Assembly: GCA_965276595.1 (NCBI GenBank)
Contig: CBDIBA010000002.1
Location: 2,802 to 66,801, forward strand
Length of the DNA: 64,000 bases
Direction: 5' to 3'
DNA from: Beijerinckiaceae bacterium
GTDB lineage: Bacteria; Pseudomonadota; Alphaproteobacteria; Rhizobiales; Beijerinckiaceae
Both the position numbers and the translations under genes were made by a program. Positions 1 to 9,406 of the stretch are shown one piece after another. Below the pieces are notes generated by a model, which was not told the origin of the DNA, did no database searches, and was given only the letters and a program-made list of their open reading frames with translations. Each line of letters begins with the position of its first letter. Position 1 is the first letter of the stretch.

Positions 1-146
1 CGCAGATGCCGCGCCTCCTCAATCGGGAGAGGGCGCTCGACCGCATGCTCGCGATCGATCAGCGTGACGAGGGATCGCGCGCCGGTGGCGGCGACCGTGC
101 GCTCGATATGGGCGAGCGGGCAGACGTGGATGCGGGGCATGGCGCC

Positions 147-770
147 TCATCGGGATCGCTGGGCGGCGCTTTCGCTTTCGAGGCGCCGGAACGTCGACAG
201 GAACCGCTCTTCGGCTTCGTTCGAGGGCAGCGGCGCGATCAGCGCTTGCACGTCGCGCAGGCCGACGTCCGGTCGACCGAAGAAGGATTCGGCTTCGGCG
301 ATGGTGAAACCAGCCAGTTGTGTCGCTTCTATGAAAGCGGCGGCGCGATCGGCGCGCTTGATGAGCTTGGCGGCGCCGGGCGGGGCGGCGGCCGGCAGCG
401 AGAACCGCATGTGGATCGCCGCGAGAATGCGCGCTTCCACGCTTTTGTAGCTCGCGCCGACGGCCGCCTTGAACGGCGAGATGATGTCGCCGATCACATA
501 TTCCGGCGCGTCGTGCAGCAGCGCCATGAGGCGCGGCGCCGCGGGGCTTTCGGGATCGAGCGCCGCGGCGATGCGCTCGACGAGCAGCGAATGCTGCGCG
601 ACCGAGAAGATATGCGGCCCGCGCGTCTGCCCGTTCCAGCGCGCCACGCGGGCGAGGCCGTGCGCGATGTCCTCGATCTCGACGTCGAGCGGCGAAGGGT
701 CGAGCAGATCGAGCCGGCGGCCGGACAGCATGCGCTGCCAGGCGCGCGCCGTGTCCGACCGCGCCGCCAT
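147..770 (-). CDS. HD-domain hydrolase (YfbR-like 5'-deoxynucleotidase family)
   Basis: MAARSDTARAWQRMLSGRRLDLLDP...HSLLV...LHDAPEY (H...HD motif). The ATG at 770 overlaps the tag stop (TGATG), so the longer track ORF start was not used. Confidence 0.85.
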   Translation of the reverse strand: MAARSDTARAWQRMLSGRRLDLLDPSPLDVEIEDIAHGLARVARWNGQTRGPHIFSVAQHSLLVERIAAALDPESPAAPRLMALLHDAPEYVIGDIISPFKAAVGASYKSVEARILAAIHMRFSLPAAAPPGAAKLIKRADRAAAFIEATQLAGFTIAEAESFFGRPDVGLRDVQALIAPLPSNEAEERFLSTFRRLESESAAQRSR

Positions 771-1396
771 CAGCGGGCCTTCGCCAGCGCCGCGCATTCG
801 GCGTGGCGGAAGCAGGTCGTGAGATGGTCGTTGACCATGCCGACCGCCTGCATGAAGGCGTAGACGATCGTCGGCCCGCAAAACTTGAAGCCGGCGGCTT
901 TCAGATCCTTCGAAATGCGGCTGGACAGCTCGGTCTCGGCCTGGATCTCGCTGCGGTCGCGCAGCGCGTTCTGGATCGGGCGGCCGTCCACGTATTTCCA
1001 CAGATAGGCGGAGAATCCCTCGCGCTCCTCGATGGTCAGATAGACGCGCGCGGACGCGACCGCGCCCTCGATCTTGGCGCGGTTGCGCACGATGCCGGCG
1101 TCGCGCATCAGCCGCTCGATCTTGCGCGCGTCGTAGCGCGCGATTCGCGCCGGCTCGAAGCCGTCGAAGGCGGCGCGAAAGGCGTCGCGCTTGCGCAGGA
1201 TCGTGATCCAGGACAGGCCGGCCTGAAAACCGTCGAGCAGCAACTTCTCGAACAGCGCGCGGCTGTCGTATTCCGGCGCGCCCCATTCGGCATCGTGATA
1301 GGCGACGTAGAGCGGGTCGACGCCGGGCCAGGCGCAACGGCGCCGCCCGTCCTCATGCAGAACGGGAACGCGGAGCGGCGTATCGGGCGCGGGCAT
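770..1396 (-). CDS. tag: DNA-3-methyladenine glycosylase I
   Basis: YVAYHDAEWG, LDGFQAGLSWITIL, IVRNRAKI, GFKFCGPTIVYAFMQAVGMVNDH..C motifs. Confidence 0.95.
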   Translation of the reverse strand: MPAPDTPLRVPVLHEDGRRRCAWPGVDPLYVAYHDAEWGAPEYDSRALFEKLLLDGFQAGLSWITILRKRDAFRAAFDGFEPARIARYDARKIERLMRDAGIVRNRAKIEGAVASARVYLTIEEREGFSAYLWKYVDGRPIQNALRDRSEIQAETELSSRISKDLKAAGFKFCGPTIVYAFMQAVGMVNDHLTTCFRHAECAALAKAR

Positions 1397-1405
1397 GTCG
1401 CGAGA

Positions 1406-2212
1406 TTAGCGCCGCGGCGCCGGCAGCGCGAGCGAGACGGCGCGATTGTCCAGAAGGATCGGCGCGCCGGCCGCCACCGCCTCGGCGAGCCGATCGATCC
1501 GCACGGCGGCGAGCGCATGGCCGTCCGTCGCGGAACTGACGATTCCGATCTCGACGTCGTTCGCCACGAGCGCCGCGCCGATCGCGGGAATGTCGCCGTG
1601 AAAGGCGACCCGCGCGATGCGCTTGCGCGCGGTCCCGCGATGCTCGACGCGCGAGACGACCTCCTGCCCGACGTAGCAGCCCTTCTTGAAATCGACGCCG
1701 TTCAAAAGATCCATGTTGGCCTCGTGCGGAAACGCGTCGCCATAGGCGAAATCGGCGCCGCCTTTGGGGACGCCGCAGAGGATGCGCTGCGCCTCGTAGG
1801 CCGCGGCCTCGGCGTCGTCGCGCTCCACGCCGTCGCGCGCCACGATCTCCCGCGCGCCGAGCGCCGGGTCGCGCGGGTCGGGGACGCCCGCCTCCGACGC
1901 CCCGTGCGCGACGACGCCGAGCGCCGCGCTCACGTCGTCGATCTCGACCTTGGCGCGCAGCTTGTACAGGCGCAGGCGTTTGGCGAATTCGGCCGTCCGC
2001 GCGATCGGCGCATCGAGAACGAACGCCTCGCCGTCGGAACCGGCGAGAAAGTCGCAGACGATCTTGCCTTGCGGCGTCAGCAGCGCGCCATAGGCCGCGC
2101 GCTCGCGCGAGACGGGCGTCATGTCGCAGGTGAACAGGTCCTGCAGGAACGCCCGAGCGTCGGCGCCGCCGACGCGGACCACGCCGCGATCCTCCAGAAA
2201 CGCCGAGGGCAT
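1406..2212 (-). CDS. ygfZ: Folate-binding Fe-S cluster repair protein YgfZ/GcvT-like
   Basis: LLTPQGK and the signature DFKKGCYVGQEVVSR. Confidence 0.92.
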   Translation of the reverse strand: MPSAFLEDRGVVRVGGADARAFLQDLFTCDMTPVSRERAAYGALLTPQGKIVCDFLAGSDGEAFVLDAPIARTAEFAKRLRLYKLRAKVEIDDVSAALGVVAHGASEAGVPDPRDPALGAREIVARDGVERDDAEAAAYEAQRILCGVPKGGADFAYGDAFPHEANMDLLNGVDFKKGCYVGQEVVSRVEHRGTARKRIARVAFHGDIPAIGAALVANDVEIGIVSSATDGHALAAVRIDRLAEAVAAGAPILLDNRAVSLALPAPRR

Positions 2213-2301
2213 GCCTGCGTCCTTCCCGTTCCGCCGCGCTCTTGCGGGGCGCCCGCCCGCTCGCTAAGCCGCCAGGCCGGCCACAGCGCATATGGGGGCG
2301 C

Positions 2302-2362
2302 GACGCGATGACGACGACCTACGATCTCATCCTGAAAGGCGGCGCGCTCGTCAACCACGAGG
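2302..2362 (+). repeat. Copy 1 of a 61-bp perfect direct repeat (5' end of pyrC, truncated stub)
   Basis: gacgcgatgacgacgacctacgatctcatcctgaaaggcggcgcgctcgtcaaccacgagg is identical to 3046-3106. It reads MTTTYDLILKGGALVNHE and then diverges. Confidence 0.97.
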
Positions 2363-2513
2363 CGCGGTCAGCATGGTCGCCGTCATTCTCGGCCATGCGC
2401 TGGGCCGTGCGGCTTTTTCGAACGGGAGACGACTATCGATCGGAAAAGCGCAGGGCTCGCCTCGCAGTCGACCATTCGTGGGTACGGCTCATCGCCGCCG
2501 CGAATGTCCCAGT

Positions 2514-2741
2514 CTAGTCGCACCAAAATACGTTCCACCGCGGAACCGCGACGCGCGCAGCGTCGAAAGCATCGTTGACGAGATATTCCGGCAAATGGCC
2601 GTTGTCGTTCGGTTCGCGAATGATGAGCAGTTCGTTGGTTCGGCTTCGAAAGATGACCTGATGTTCCGTTGTTCCAATCTGCCGGAAGCCGATTGTTGCA
2701 AGATAGGTCACGATCTCGCCAAAATCGACACAGTAGATCAA
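2514..2741 (-). CDS. HicA-like toxin (putative)
   Basis: 75 aa. EIVTYLATIGFRQIGTTEHQVIF...HLPEYLVNDAF follows the HicA alpha-beta-beta-beta-alpha pattern with the conserved His. Confidence 0.5.
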   Translation of the reverse strand: MIYCVDFGEIVTYLATIGFRQIGTTEHQVIFRSRTNELLIIREPNDNGHLPEYLVNDAFDAARVAVPRWNVFWCD

Positions 2742-2743
2742 CG

Positions 2744-2959
2744 CTACGCAGCCGCGTCTTCGTATACCAGGTCGATTGCCTTCAACCGGCCGATGCTGTG
2801 ACCAGCGTCCGCGCGGCGAATGAAATCAAGCACGGCGACTGCGGCGCGCTCGGCTTCCTCTTCGGTCTTTCCGGTCACGTGAAAGCCGATGATGTCAGGC
2901 GAGGTCACGACGTGATACTCGCCGACTTTTTTGTGCTCGAGGCGAATGCGGCGATCCAT
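2744..2959 (-). CDS. Short HicB-like antitoxin (N-terminal domain only)
   Basis: YHVVTSPDIIGFHVTGKTEEEAERAAVAVL resembles the HicB N-terminal motif. Alternative start at 2977. Confidence 0.6.
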   Translation of the reverse strand: MDRRIRLEHKKVGEYHVVTSPDIIGFHVTGKTEEEAERAAVAVLDFIRRADAGHSIGRLKAIDLVYEDAAA

Positions 2960-3045
2960 TGACGTCTTTCGTTGCATTACCGAAATAAACTTGGCGACGA
3001 ACGGACGATATGTGGTCTGATCGCCCTAATAAATAGGAAATGTCT

Positions 3046-3106
3046 GACGCGATGACGACGACCTACGATCTCATCCTGAAAGGCGGCGCGCTCGTCAACC
3101 ACGAGG
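3046..3106 (+). repeat. Copy 2 of the 61-bp perfect direct repeat (start of intact pyrC)
   Basis: Identical to 2302-2362. Confidence 0.97.
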
Positions 3107-4377
3107 GAACGGGCCAGCGCGACATCGGCGTCAAGGACGGCAAGATCGCCGCGATCGGCGATCTGGCGCGCGCCTCGGCCGGGGCGATCGTCGGCTGTTC
3201 GGGCCTGCACGTTCTGCCGGGCGTGATCGACAGCCAGGTGCATTTCCGCGAGCCCGGGATGGAGCACAAGGAAGACCTCGAGACGGGTTCGCGCGCCGCC
3301 GTCCTCGGCGGCGTCACGACAGTGTTCGAAATGCCCAACACCAATCCCCTCACGACGAGCGAGGAGGCCCTGGCGGACAAGGTGGCGCGCGGCCGTCATC
3401 GCATGCATTGCGACTTCGCCTTCTGGGTCGGCGGCACGCACGAGAATGCGAACGACATCCCCGACCTGGAGCGCCTGCCCGGCGCGGCGGGGATCAAGGT
3501 GTTCATGGGGTCGTCGACCGGGTCGCTGCTGGTCGAAGACGATCCCGGCGTCGCCGCGATCTTGGCCAAGACGCGCCGTCGCGCCGCCTTTCACGCCGAA
3601 GACGAATACCGGCTCGAAGCGCGCAAGGGCCTGCGCATCCCCGGCGATCCGCGCTCGCACCCGGTCTGGCGCGACGAGATGACGGCGCTGCAATGCACGC
3701 AGCGCCTCGCGCGCATCGCCCGCGCGCACCGCGCGACGATCCACGTGCTGCATGTCTCGACCGCGGACGAGATCGACTTCCTGCGCGATCACAAGGACGT
3801 GGCGAGCGTCGAGGTGACGCCGCACCACCTCACGCTCGACGCGCGTCTCTACGAGACTCTCGGAACGAAGCTTCAGATGAACCCGCCGGTGCGCGACAAG
3901 CGCCACCAGGACCGCCTCTGGCAGGGCGTCGGGCAGGGGATCGCCGACATCCTCGGCTCCGATCACGCGCCGCATACGCTGGAAGAGAAGGCCAAGGCCT
4001 ATCCGGCGAGCCCGTCGGGGATGCCGGGCGTGCAGACGCTCGTGCCGCTCATGCTCGACCATGTCGCCGCCGGGCGTCTCAGCCTCGAACGCTTCATCGA
4101 CATGTCGAGCGCCGGCCCTGCGCGGCTGTTCGGCGTCGCGGGCAAGGGCCGCGTCGCGGTCGGCTACGACGCGGATTTCACCATCGTCGATCTCAAGCGG
4201 CGCGAGACCATCCGCGACGCCTGGATCGCCTCGCGCTGCGGCTGGACGCCCTACGACGGAAAGACGGTCACGGGCTGGCCGGTGGGGACCATCGTGCGCG
4301 GCGCGCGCGTCATGTGGGAGGGCGAGATCGCGACGCCCTCGCGCGGCGAGCCCGCGCGGTTCTGGCAAGCGCTTTAG
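3052..4377 (+). CDS. pyrC: Dihydroorotase (amidohydrolase superfamily)
   Basis: PGVIDSQVHFREPG, EMPNTNP, HVLHVST, VEVTPHHL, MNPPVR, GSDHAPH. Alternative start at 3040. Confidence 0.9.
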   Translation: MTTTYDLILKGGALVNHEGTGQRDIGVKDGKIAAIGDLARASAGAIVGCSGLHVLPGVIDSQVHFREPGMEHKEDLETGSRAAVLGGVTTVFEMPNTNPLTTSEEALADKVARGRHRMHCDFAFWVGGTHENANDIPDLERLPGAAGIKVFMGSSTGSLLVEDDPGVAAILAKTRRRAAFHAEDEYRLEARKGLRIPGDPRSHPVWRDEMTALQCTQRLARIARAHRATIHVLHVSTADEIDFLRDHKDVASVEVTPHHLTLDARLYETLGTKLQMNPPVRDKRHQDRLWQGVGQGIADILGSDHAPHTLEEKAKAYPASPSGMPGVQTLVPLMLDHVAAGRLSLERFIDMSSAGPARLFGVAGKGRVAVGYDADFTIVDLKRRETIRDAWIASRCGWTPYDGKTVTGWPVGTIVRGARVMWEGEIATPSRGEPARFWQAL

Positions 4378-4380
4378 GCG
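4313..4380 (+). repeat. pyrC 3' end, duplicated in degenerate form at 9407-9458
   Basis: The 21-bp core ggagggcgagatcgcgacgcc (4317-4337) is identical to 9410-9430, and the downstream cgcgcggttctggcaagcgctttaggcg resembles tgcgcggctccggcaggcgctctaggcg. Confidence 0.85.
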
Positions 4381-4389
4381 AAGCAACGT

Positions 4390-4458
4390 CGCGCCGCCCC
4401 TCACCCTAAGCCTGTCCCCGCAAGCGGGGCGAGGGGACGCATCGAGCGCGGCATCGGC
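4390..4458. repeat. REP-like hairpin family A (cccctcaccct...tccccgcaagcggggcgaggggac)
   Basis: Palindromic and homologous to 35948-36010 and 17325-17363. Confidence 0.85.
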
Positions 4459-4466
4459 CATTGTCG

Positions 4467-4545
4467 CGGTTGCGAGCGAAGCGAACGAGACTCGCTTCGA
4501 TGGGCTGGATTCGTCGTTGCGCTCCTCGCAAGGACGACGCTGGTT
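4467..4545. repeat. REP-like family B (CGTC-tagged type, degenerate)
   Basis: ttgcgagcgaagcgaa...cgctcctcgcaaggacgacgctggtt. The right end matches 17581-17604. Confidence 0.7.
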
Positions 4546-4614
4546 GGGAGCGCCCACGCGCGAGCCGGCTGTGTCCATGATGGCCGATCGCTGCGACGCC
4601 GCGATTAATAGGCG

Positions 4615-5058
4615 CTATCGATTGATTTCGGGCTCGACGAGGCGGGCGAGATTTCGCAGCGACTCCTGCCAGCCTAGATAGCACGCTTCCACCGGAATGG
4701 CGTCGGGAATGCCTTCCTGCACGATGGTCGCCTCGGCGCCGCAGAAGACCTGCTTCAGCGCCACGCTCACCTGCATTTCGCCCGGCAAATTGGGATCGTC
4801 GAACGTGTTCGTGTAGCGCAGGCGCTCGCCGGGCGCGAGCTCCAGATATGTCCCGCCGAAAGAATGGCTCGCGCCCGTCGTGAAGTTGCGGAACGACATC
4901 TTGAAGGCGCCGCCGACTTTCGCGTCGAGGCGATGCACCGTGCAAGCAAAGCCGTTGGGCGGCAGCCATTTCGCCAGCGCGTCCGCCTCGATGAAGGCGC
5001 GATAGACCTTGTCGGGCTTCGTCGTCAGGACACGGTGCAATCGAACGGTGTTGGGCAC
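4615..5058 (-). CDS. SRPBCC/AHSA1-like domain protein
   Basis: RLHRVLTTKPDKVYRAF...KWLPPNGF...ACYLGWQESLRNLARLVE. Confidence 0.9.
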   Translation of the reverse strand: MPNTVRLHRVLTTKPDKVYRAFIEADALAKWLPPNGFACTVHRLDAKVGGAFKMSFRNFTTGASHSFGGTYLELAPGERLRYTNTFDDPNLPGEMQVSVALKQVFCGAEATIVQEGIPDAIPVEACYLGWQESLRNLARLVEPEINR

Positions 5059-5287
5059 GGCTGTTTCTCCCGAGCAGGCGCTTCGACGAGGCGACGGGTC
5101 GTGACCTTACATCGTCCGACCCGGTCCGTTAACCGAGGCGTCCGGCGTGGGTCCGATCGTCAAGGAGGGAATCGAACATCAGGATCGGCCGATACGCCGC
5201 GTTGCCAGACCCTTCGGGCCTCTTTAACCCCAGCCTCGACGGCAATGTGAGGCGCGCCATCGATTGGATTAGAGCGAACCAGCAGTC

Positions 5288-6046
5288 TCAGGTTCCCCCG
5301 GACGCAGTCCGCCAGTGCAGAAAATACGCTTCGATCTGGATGAACACGAAGTTCATGAAATAACCGAGCACGCCGAGCGTGAAAATGCCGGCGAACATCT
5401 CGGGCACGCGAAAGATGCGCTGCATGTCCAGGATGAAGTAGCCGACGCCGCTGTTGCCGCTGATCATTTCAGCGATAATCGACACGATGAGAGCAATACC
5501 CAGGCTGATCCGCATTCCGGTCAGAACGCTTGGCAATGCGGCCGGTAGGACGATCTGGCGGAGCGCCCTGCCGCCGGTCACGTTAAATGTCCGGCCGGTG
5601 TCGATCAGGATGGGATCGATCCCCCTGACGCCACCGTAGGTGTTCAGCAGGGTCGGAAACACGCACGCGATGAAGATGACAAAAATTTTCATCTCGTTTC
5701 CGATGCCGAGCAGCAAGATCGCCACTGGGATGTATGCCGAACTCGGAATTGGCCGGATGATCTCCGTTATCGGTTCTAGAAGCCGGTAGGCGAAGGGAAC
5801 CGTTCCCATCAAAAGACCCAAAGGCACGGCCACGAGGGTCGCAAGCAGGAAACCGGAGAAGAGTCGCCACAAGGTGGGGCCCAACTGCCTCGGGAGCTCG
5901 CCGTCGGCGATCGTCTCAGCCCACGACGCCAGAATGGTGCTCACGCGGGGAATGGAGACGGTATCGACAAGACCTGTCGCAGAGGCAAGCTCCCAAAGGG
6001 CGAGAAGCGCCGCGATCAGCGCAAAGCCGGGTAGACGAGCCCTCAC
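5288..6046 (-). CDS. ABC transporter permease (SsuC/TauC/NitT family)
   Basis: Multi-TM protein with EIIRPIPSSAYIP and ALPSVLTGMRISLG. GTG at 6046 with GGAGG RBS. Confidence 0.9.
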   Translation of the reverse strand: MRARLPGFALIAALLALWELASATGLVDTVSIPRVSTILASWAETIADGELPRQLGPTLWRLFSGFLLATLVAVPLGLLMGTVPFAYRLLEPITEIIRPIPSSAYIPVAILLLGIGNEMKIFVIFIACVFPTLLNTYGGVRGIDPILIDTGRTFNVTGGRALRQIVLPAALPSVLTGMRISLGIALIVSIIAEMISGNSGVGYFILDMQRIFRVPEMFAGIFTLGVLGYFMNFVFIQIEAYFLHWRTASGGT

Positions 6047-6159
6047 GCTATCGCCTCCAAGATCTCGATATCTCCAGCGTTTCAGAGCTTTCGGCGCTCC
6101 TTGCATTCAAGCTCTCATCTGTCAGTATCGTATTACTCGATGTAACGTCCAAAGGCATG

Positions 6160-6963
6160 ATGAGCGACGTTCCTGTTATTGAACTGGCCAATATCACCAA
6201 GAGCTATGGCGGCGGCGGCCGCAGTGTCTCGGTGTTCAGAGACTTCTCTTGCAAGATCTTCGCCGGCAGCTTCGTCTCCATCGTAGGGCCGTCCGGCTGT
6301 GGTAAATCAACGCTGCTCAAGCTTATCGCGGGCCTGGAGTCTACGTCGGGCGGATCCCTGTTTTTCAACGGGCGCAAAATTTCGGCGCCGCCGAAGGGCG
6401 TGATCTACGTTTTCCAACAATATACGAAGTCGATCTTTCCATGGCGGACGGTGGTTCAGAACATCGCCTTCGGCGTAAGCAACCAGCAGTCGATTGGCGG
6501 CTCGGTCCTGCGACAGAAGTGCAGCGAATATGCCAAGTTGGTGGGGCTCGAGGGATACGAAGACTACTATCCTTCGCAATTGTCGGGAGGGATGCAGCAG
6601 CGGGTCGCCATCGCGCGCGCCCTGATTTGCGAACCGCAGGTTCTTTTGATGGACGAGCCTTTCAGTGCAGTCGACGCGATGACCCGGGCGCTGCTCCAGG
6701 AGCTGCTTCTGAAGATATGGCAAACGATCCCGGTCACGATTCTTTTTGTGACCCACGACGTCGATGAGGCGGTGTTTCTGTCTGACCGTATTTTGTCGCT
6801 CGGCAGATCCCCCGCATCGCTTCGCGAAGACGTATCTGTGGATCTCCCCTACCCGCGAGACCAGATCGAAACCCGCGGCCTCGACGAGTTTCGCGCAATC
6901 CGTCAAAAGCTGTTCGCAAGTATCTTCCTTCAAGAAAAGGCGATCGCTGCGGAGCAGCACTGA
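6160..6963 (+). CDS. ABC transporter ATP-binding protein (SsuB/TauB family)
   Basis: Walker A GPSGCGKST, LSGGMQQR, LLMDEPF, VTHDVDEA. Confidence 0.93.
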   Translation: MSDVPVIELANITKSYGGGGRSVSVFRDFSCKIFAGSFVSIVGPSGCGKSTLLKLIAGLESTSGGSLFFNGRKISAPPKGVIYVFQQYTKSIFPWRTVVQNIAFGVSNQQSIGGSVLRQKCSEYAKLVGLEGYEDYYPSQLSGGMQQRVAIARALICEPQVLLMDEPFSAVDAMTRALLQELLLKIWQTIPVTILFVTHDVDEAVFLSDRILSLGRSPASLREDVSVDLPYPRDQIETRGLDEFRAIRQKLFASIFLQEKAIAAEQH

Positions 6964-7147
6964 CATGCCGCCGGCAGACTTAAGGCCGGAGTCCGAAATC
7001 AGAACCGACATCTCAGAGGCCGCAGGCCCGCAAGGAAACCCCTCGCAGCCTCCGCCCAGGACCTCCGACGCTTGCCCGAGAAGCAATCGTAAAATCGACG
7101 ATGATCGGCGCGCGTCGTGCGCTCGTTGCGAGCATGCCCAGCCTGCT

Positions 7148-8218
7148 TTATTGAACGATGCTCGTTCTCGCTCTGACCTGGGCTTCGGCCGCCGAATTGG
7201 ACAAGCCGCGTTCGCGGCCAAGCAACGGAAGGACATCCTCGGCGAACATGTCGAGCTGTTCCAGCATCGGGGAGAACTTCAGCATCAAGAGCTCGATCCC
7301 GATGTCCTCTAATCTGCGAATCCGTTCGGCGATGACCTCGGGGGCGCCGATTAGTCCGACGCCGATCCCACTGACCGCGATAGCGGGAATTCGGCCGCCC
7401 TTGCCGTAAGCCGCAAGTTCGTCTGCTCGAAGCATCGCCTCTTCGTTGGTCGTCGCGCAGACGACGTGGGCGTTGAGGGCGCAGCGGACGTTGCGGCCGT
7501 GAGCCGAGCTTCGCTGGCGCATGTCCCGAACTTCGCGCGCAATTGCAGACCAGTGTTGTTCGTGCGCCTTGTGATCCGCGCCAGCCATGATGAACCAAGT
7601 ATCGCAATGCTTCGCGATGGTATCCTTGCCCGCCTCAGTCCTGCCGGCGGCGTAGATGGGAGGGCAAGGCGATTGTTGCGGCTTGAAGGGCACCTCTCCC
7701 AGCACAACCTTGAAGAAGTCTCCGCCGAACGAGAAGTTCTCTTCGGTCCAAAGTCCCTTAAGGACTTGGATGAATTCGTCGATTCGTCGGTATCGTCCTT
7801 GGTCGTCGTCGAGCCAGCCGCCGTTGCCGAAGATATTGAACTCTTCCTTGTGCCAACCGCCGACGACATTCACCGCGCACCTTCCTCCGCTGATGCGATC
7901 AAGGGTCGCCCCCATTTTTGCGGCGATCTGCGGGCAAATGATGCCGGGATGGACCGCCGGCATGATCTTGATGCGAGTGGTCTTCGCGGCAAGGGCCGAA
8001 GACAGCATCCACGATTCAAGATCCGGCCCAAGAAAACGTTCGGCGACGAGCGTTATTGAGAACCCGTACGCTTCGGCCTTTTGCAACACGTCTATGGCGA
8101 ACTGCATCGCCAGATCGGGTTTACCGGGCCCGCGGAGCGCGCTGCTCGCTATTGCCGCGGCCATCGTGGGCTCGTCACGAATCGTATGCGGAAGAGGCGT
8201 CCAGATACCGAAGTCCAT
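7148..8218 (-). CDS. LLM-class flavin-dependent monooxygenase (SsuD-like)
   Basis: AKMGATLDRISGGRCAVNVVGGW, F.FGGDFFKV, PPIYAAG. Confidence 0.88.
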   Translation of the reverse strand: MDFGIWTPLPHTIRDEPTMAAAIASSALRGPGKPDLAMQFAIDVLQKAEAYGFSITLVAERFLGPDLESWMLSSALAAKTTRIKIMPAVHPGIICPQIAAKMGATLDRISGGRCAVNVVGGWHKEEFNIFGNGGWLDDDQGRYRRIDEFIQVLKGLWTEENFSFGGDFFKVVLGEVPFKPQQSPCPPIYAAGRTEAGKDTIAKHCDTWFIMAGADHKAHEQHWSAIAREVRDMRQRSSAHGRNVRCALNAHVVCATTNEEAMLRADELAAYGKGGRIPAIAVSGIGVGLIGAPEVIAERIRRLEDIGIELLMLKFSPMLEQLDMFAEDVLPLLGRERGLSNSAAEAQVRARTSIVQ

Positions 8219-8260
8219 CCATCGCCCCTTTTAAACAGCGTTGTTCACCCCCTTAAGTCA

Positions 8261-9229
8261 TCATCTCTCGCCCTTCCCGACCACGTATGGCGTAATCTCT
8301 TTTGAGAAATACTCGGCGGCCTGATGCGATTTTTTAAGCTCGCCTGAACTCCTGAGCAACTCGATCAACTCCTGCCACCGGTCGGGCCTAACGCGGTAGT
8401 CCCAGCCGATCAGCGGCATCATTTTGACAAGTCCCGCGTCGAGCCCCGTGAAGGCCACAACCTTCTCATGCGCCCTTTCCGGATCAGCGTTCAGGAATTC
8501 GTCGGCTTCCTTTAGCGACTTGCCGAACTTGGCCACGGCATCCCCGTTTTTCTCCAAGAAGCTGCGTTTGACCCACCACGAACCCAGAGGCTGCTGCGGG
8601 ATCGATTCGACATAGTTCCACGAGATGACCCGACCGATCCCCCTTGCGGTGAGCACCGTCGTGAAGGGGTCGACCGTCACCACGGCATCGACCTGCTTTG
8701 TCCTGAGGGCGTCCACGTGGGCTACAAAGGGCAACTCGACGAACTGAACCTTGGATAAGTCCACTCCGGCTTTCTGCATCACCGCTTGGGCGTCAAGGGT
8801 TGCTTGATTGCGAAACTGAAGGATGGCGACCTTCTTGCCTTCGAGATCGCGGAGCGTTTTGATGTCGGAATCCACGCGAACCTGAACCGAGCCGGAATCC
8901 GGCGGTGTCGCCTTCGCAATCTCGTTTTGGAAGACAAGCGCCAGGTCGAACCCGCGCTCTACAGCGATCAGCGCCCCGCCCGGAATGACCTGCACAATGT
9001 CGACGCTGCCTGCCTGCAGCGCCCCGATCATATCGGTACCGCCTTGCATTTCGACGAAGCTCACATCCAGTCCGTTCTTCTTGAAAATTCCCTCGTTTAA
9101 GGCGACCCACGCGTTGGTGAGAGCCGCGATCTTGAGGGTCCCGGCGCGCAACGTTTCTGCAGAGACCGTTGAGGCGCAAATTCCGAACAGGGAAGTTAGA
9201 ATGACGAGCTTCTGAAGCCACGCTTTCAT
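8261..9229 (-). CDS. ABC substrate-binding protein (SsuA/THI5/NitT family)
   Basis: Signal peptide, then GIFKKNGLDV, DLEGKKVAI, ALRTKQVDA. Confidence 0.88.
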   Translation of the reverse strand: MKAWLQKLVILTSLFGICASTVSAETLRAGTLKIAALTNAWVALNEGIFKKNGLDVSFVEMQGGTDMIGALQAGSVDIVQVIPGGALIAVERGFDLALVFQNEIAKATPPDSGSVQVRVDSDIKTLRDLEGKKVAILQFRNQATLDAQAVMQKAGVDLSKVQFVELPFVAHVDALRTKQVDAVVTVDPFTTVLTARGIGRVISWNYVESIPQQPLGSWWVKRSFLEKNGDAVAKFGKSLKEADEFLNADPERAHEKVVAFTGLDAGLVKMMPLIGWDYRVRPDRWQELIELLRSSGELKKSHQAAEYFSKEITPYVVGKGER

Positions 9230-9406
9230 TCTTCGTCTCCTTGCGCTCTCGCAAACTTCCCCAACACTTCAAGTCGTCAGCCTACGGACGGAAATATTAC
9301 TGTCAATCCTCTGTCCGGACTTTTGTCGATAGCTCCTGAAAATGTCCGATCTGGTAGCAAAGGCCATGTGGATCGCGCATCGCCTGATCGATGACAGCGC
9401 CTGTGG

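Larger units (their letters stand above)
2363..3045. mobile_element. Small AT-richer islet between the pyrC 5' repeats; no integrase
   Basis: Bounded by the 61-bp direct repeat, visibly lower GC, carries two small TA-like ORFs. Confidence 0.7.
4381..9406. mobile_element. Accessory islet at the pyrC 3' end (SRPBCC, ABC transporter, LLM monooxygenase); no integrase
   Basis: Bracketed by pyrC 3'-end copies. The 5.1-9.4 kb part is visibly AT-richer than the backbone. Confidence 0.6.

Noticed and set aside
2308-2517. 69-aa ORF starting with the pyrC N-terminus
   Set aside because: Fusion of the duplicated stub with unrelated islet sequence. Treated as a scar, not a gene.
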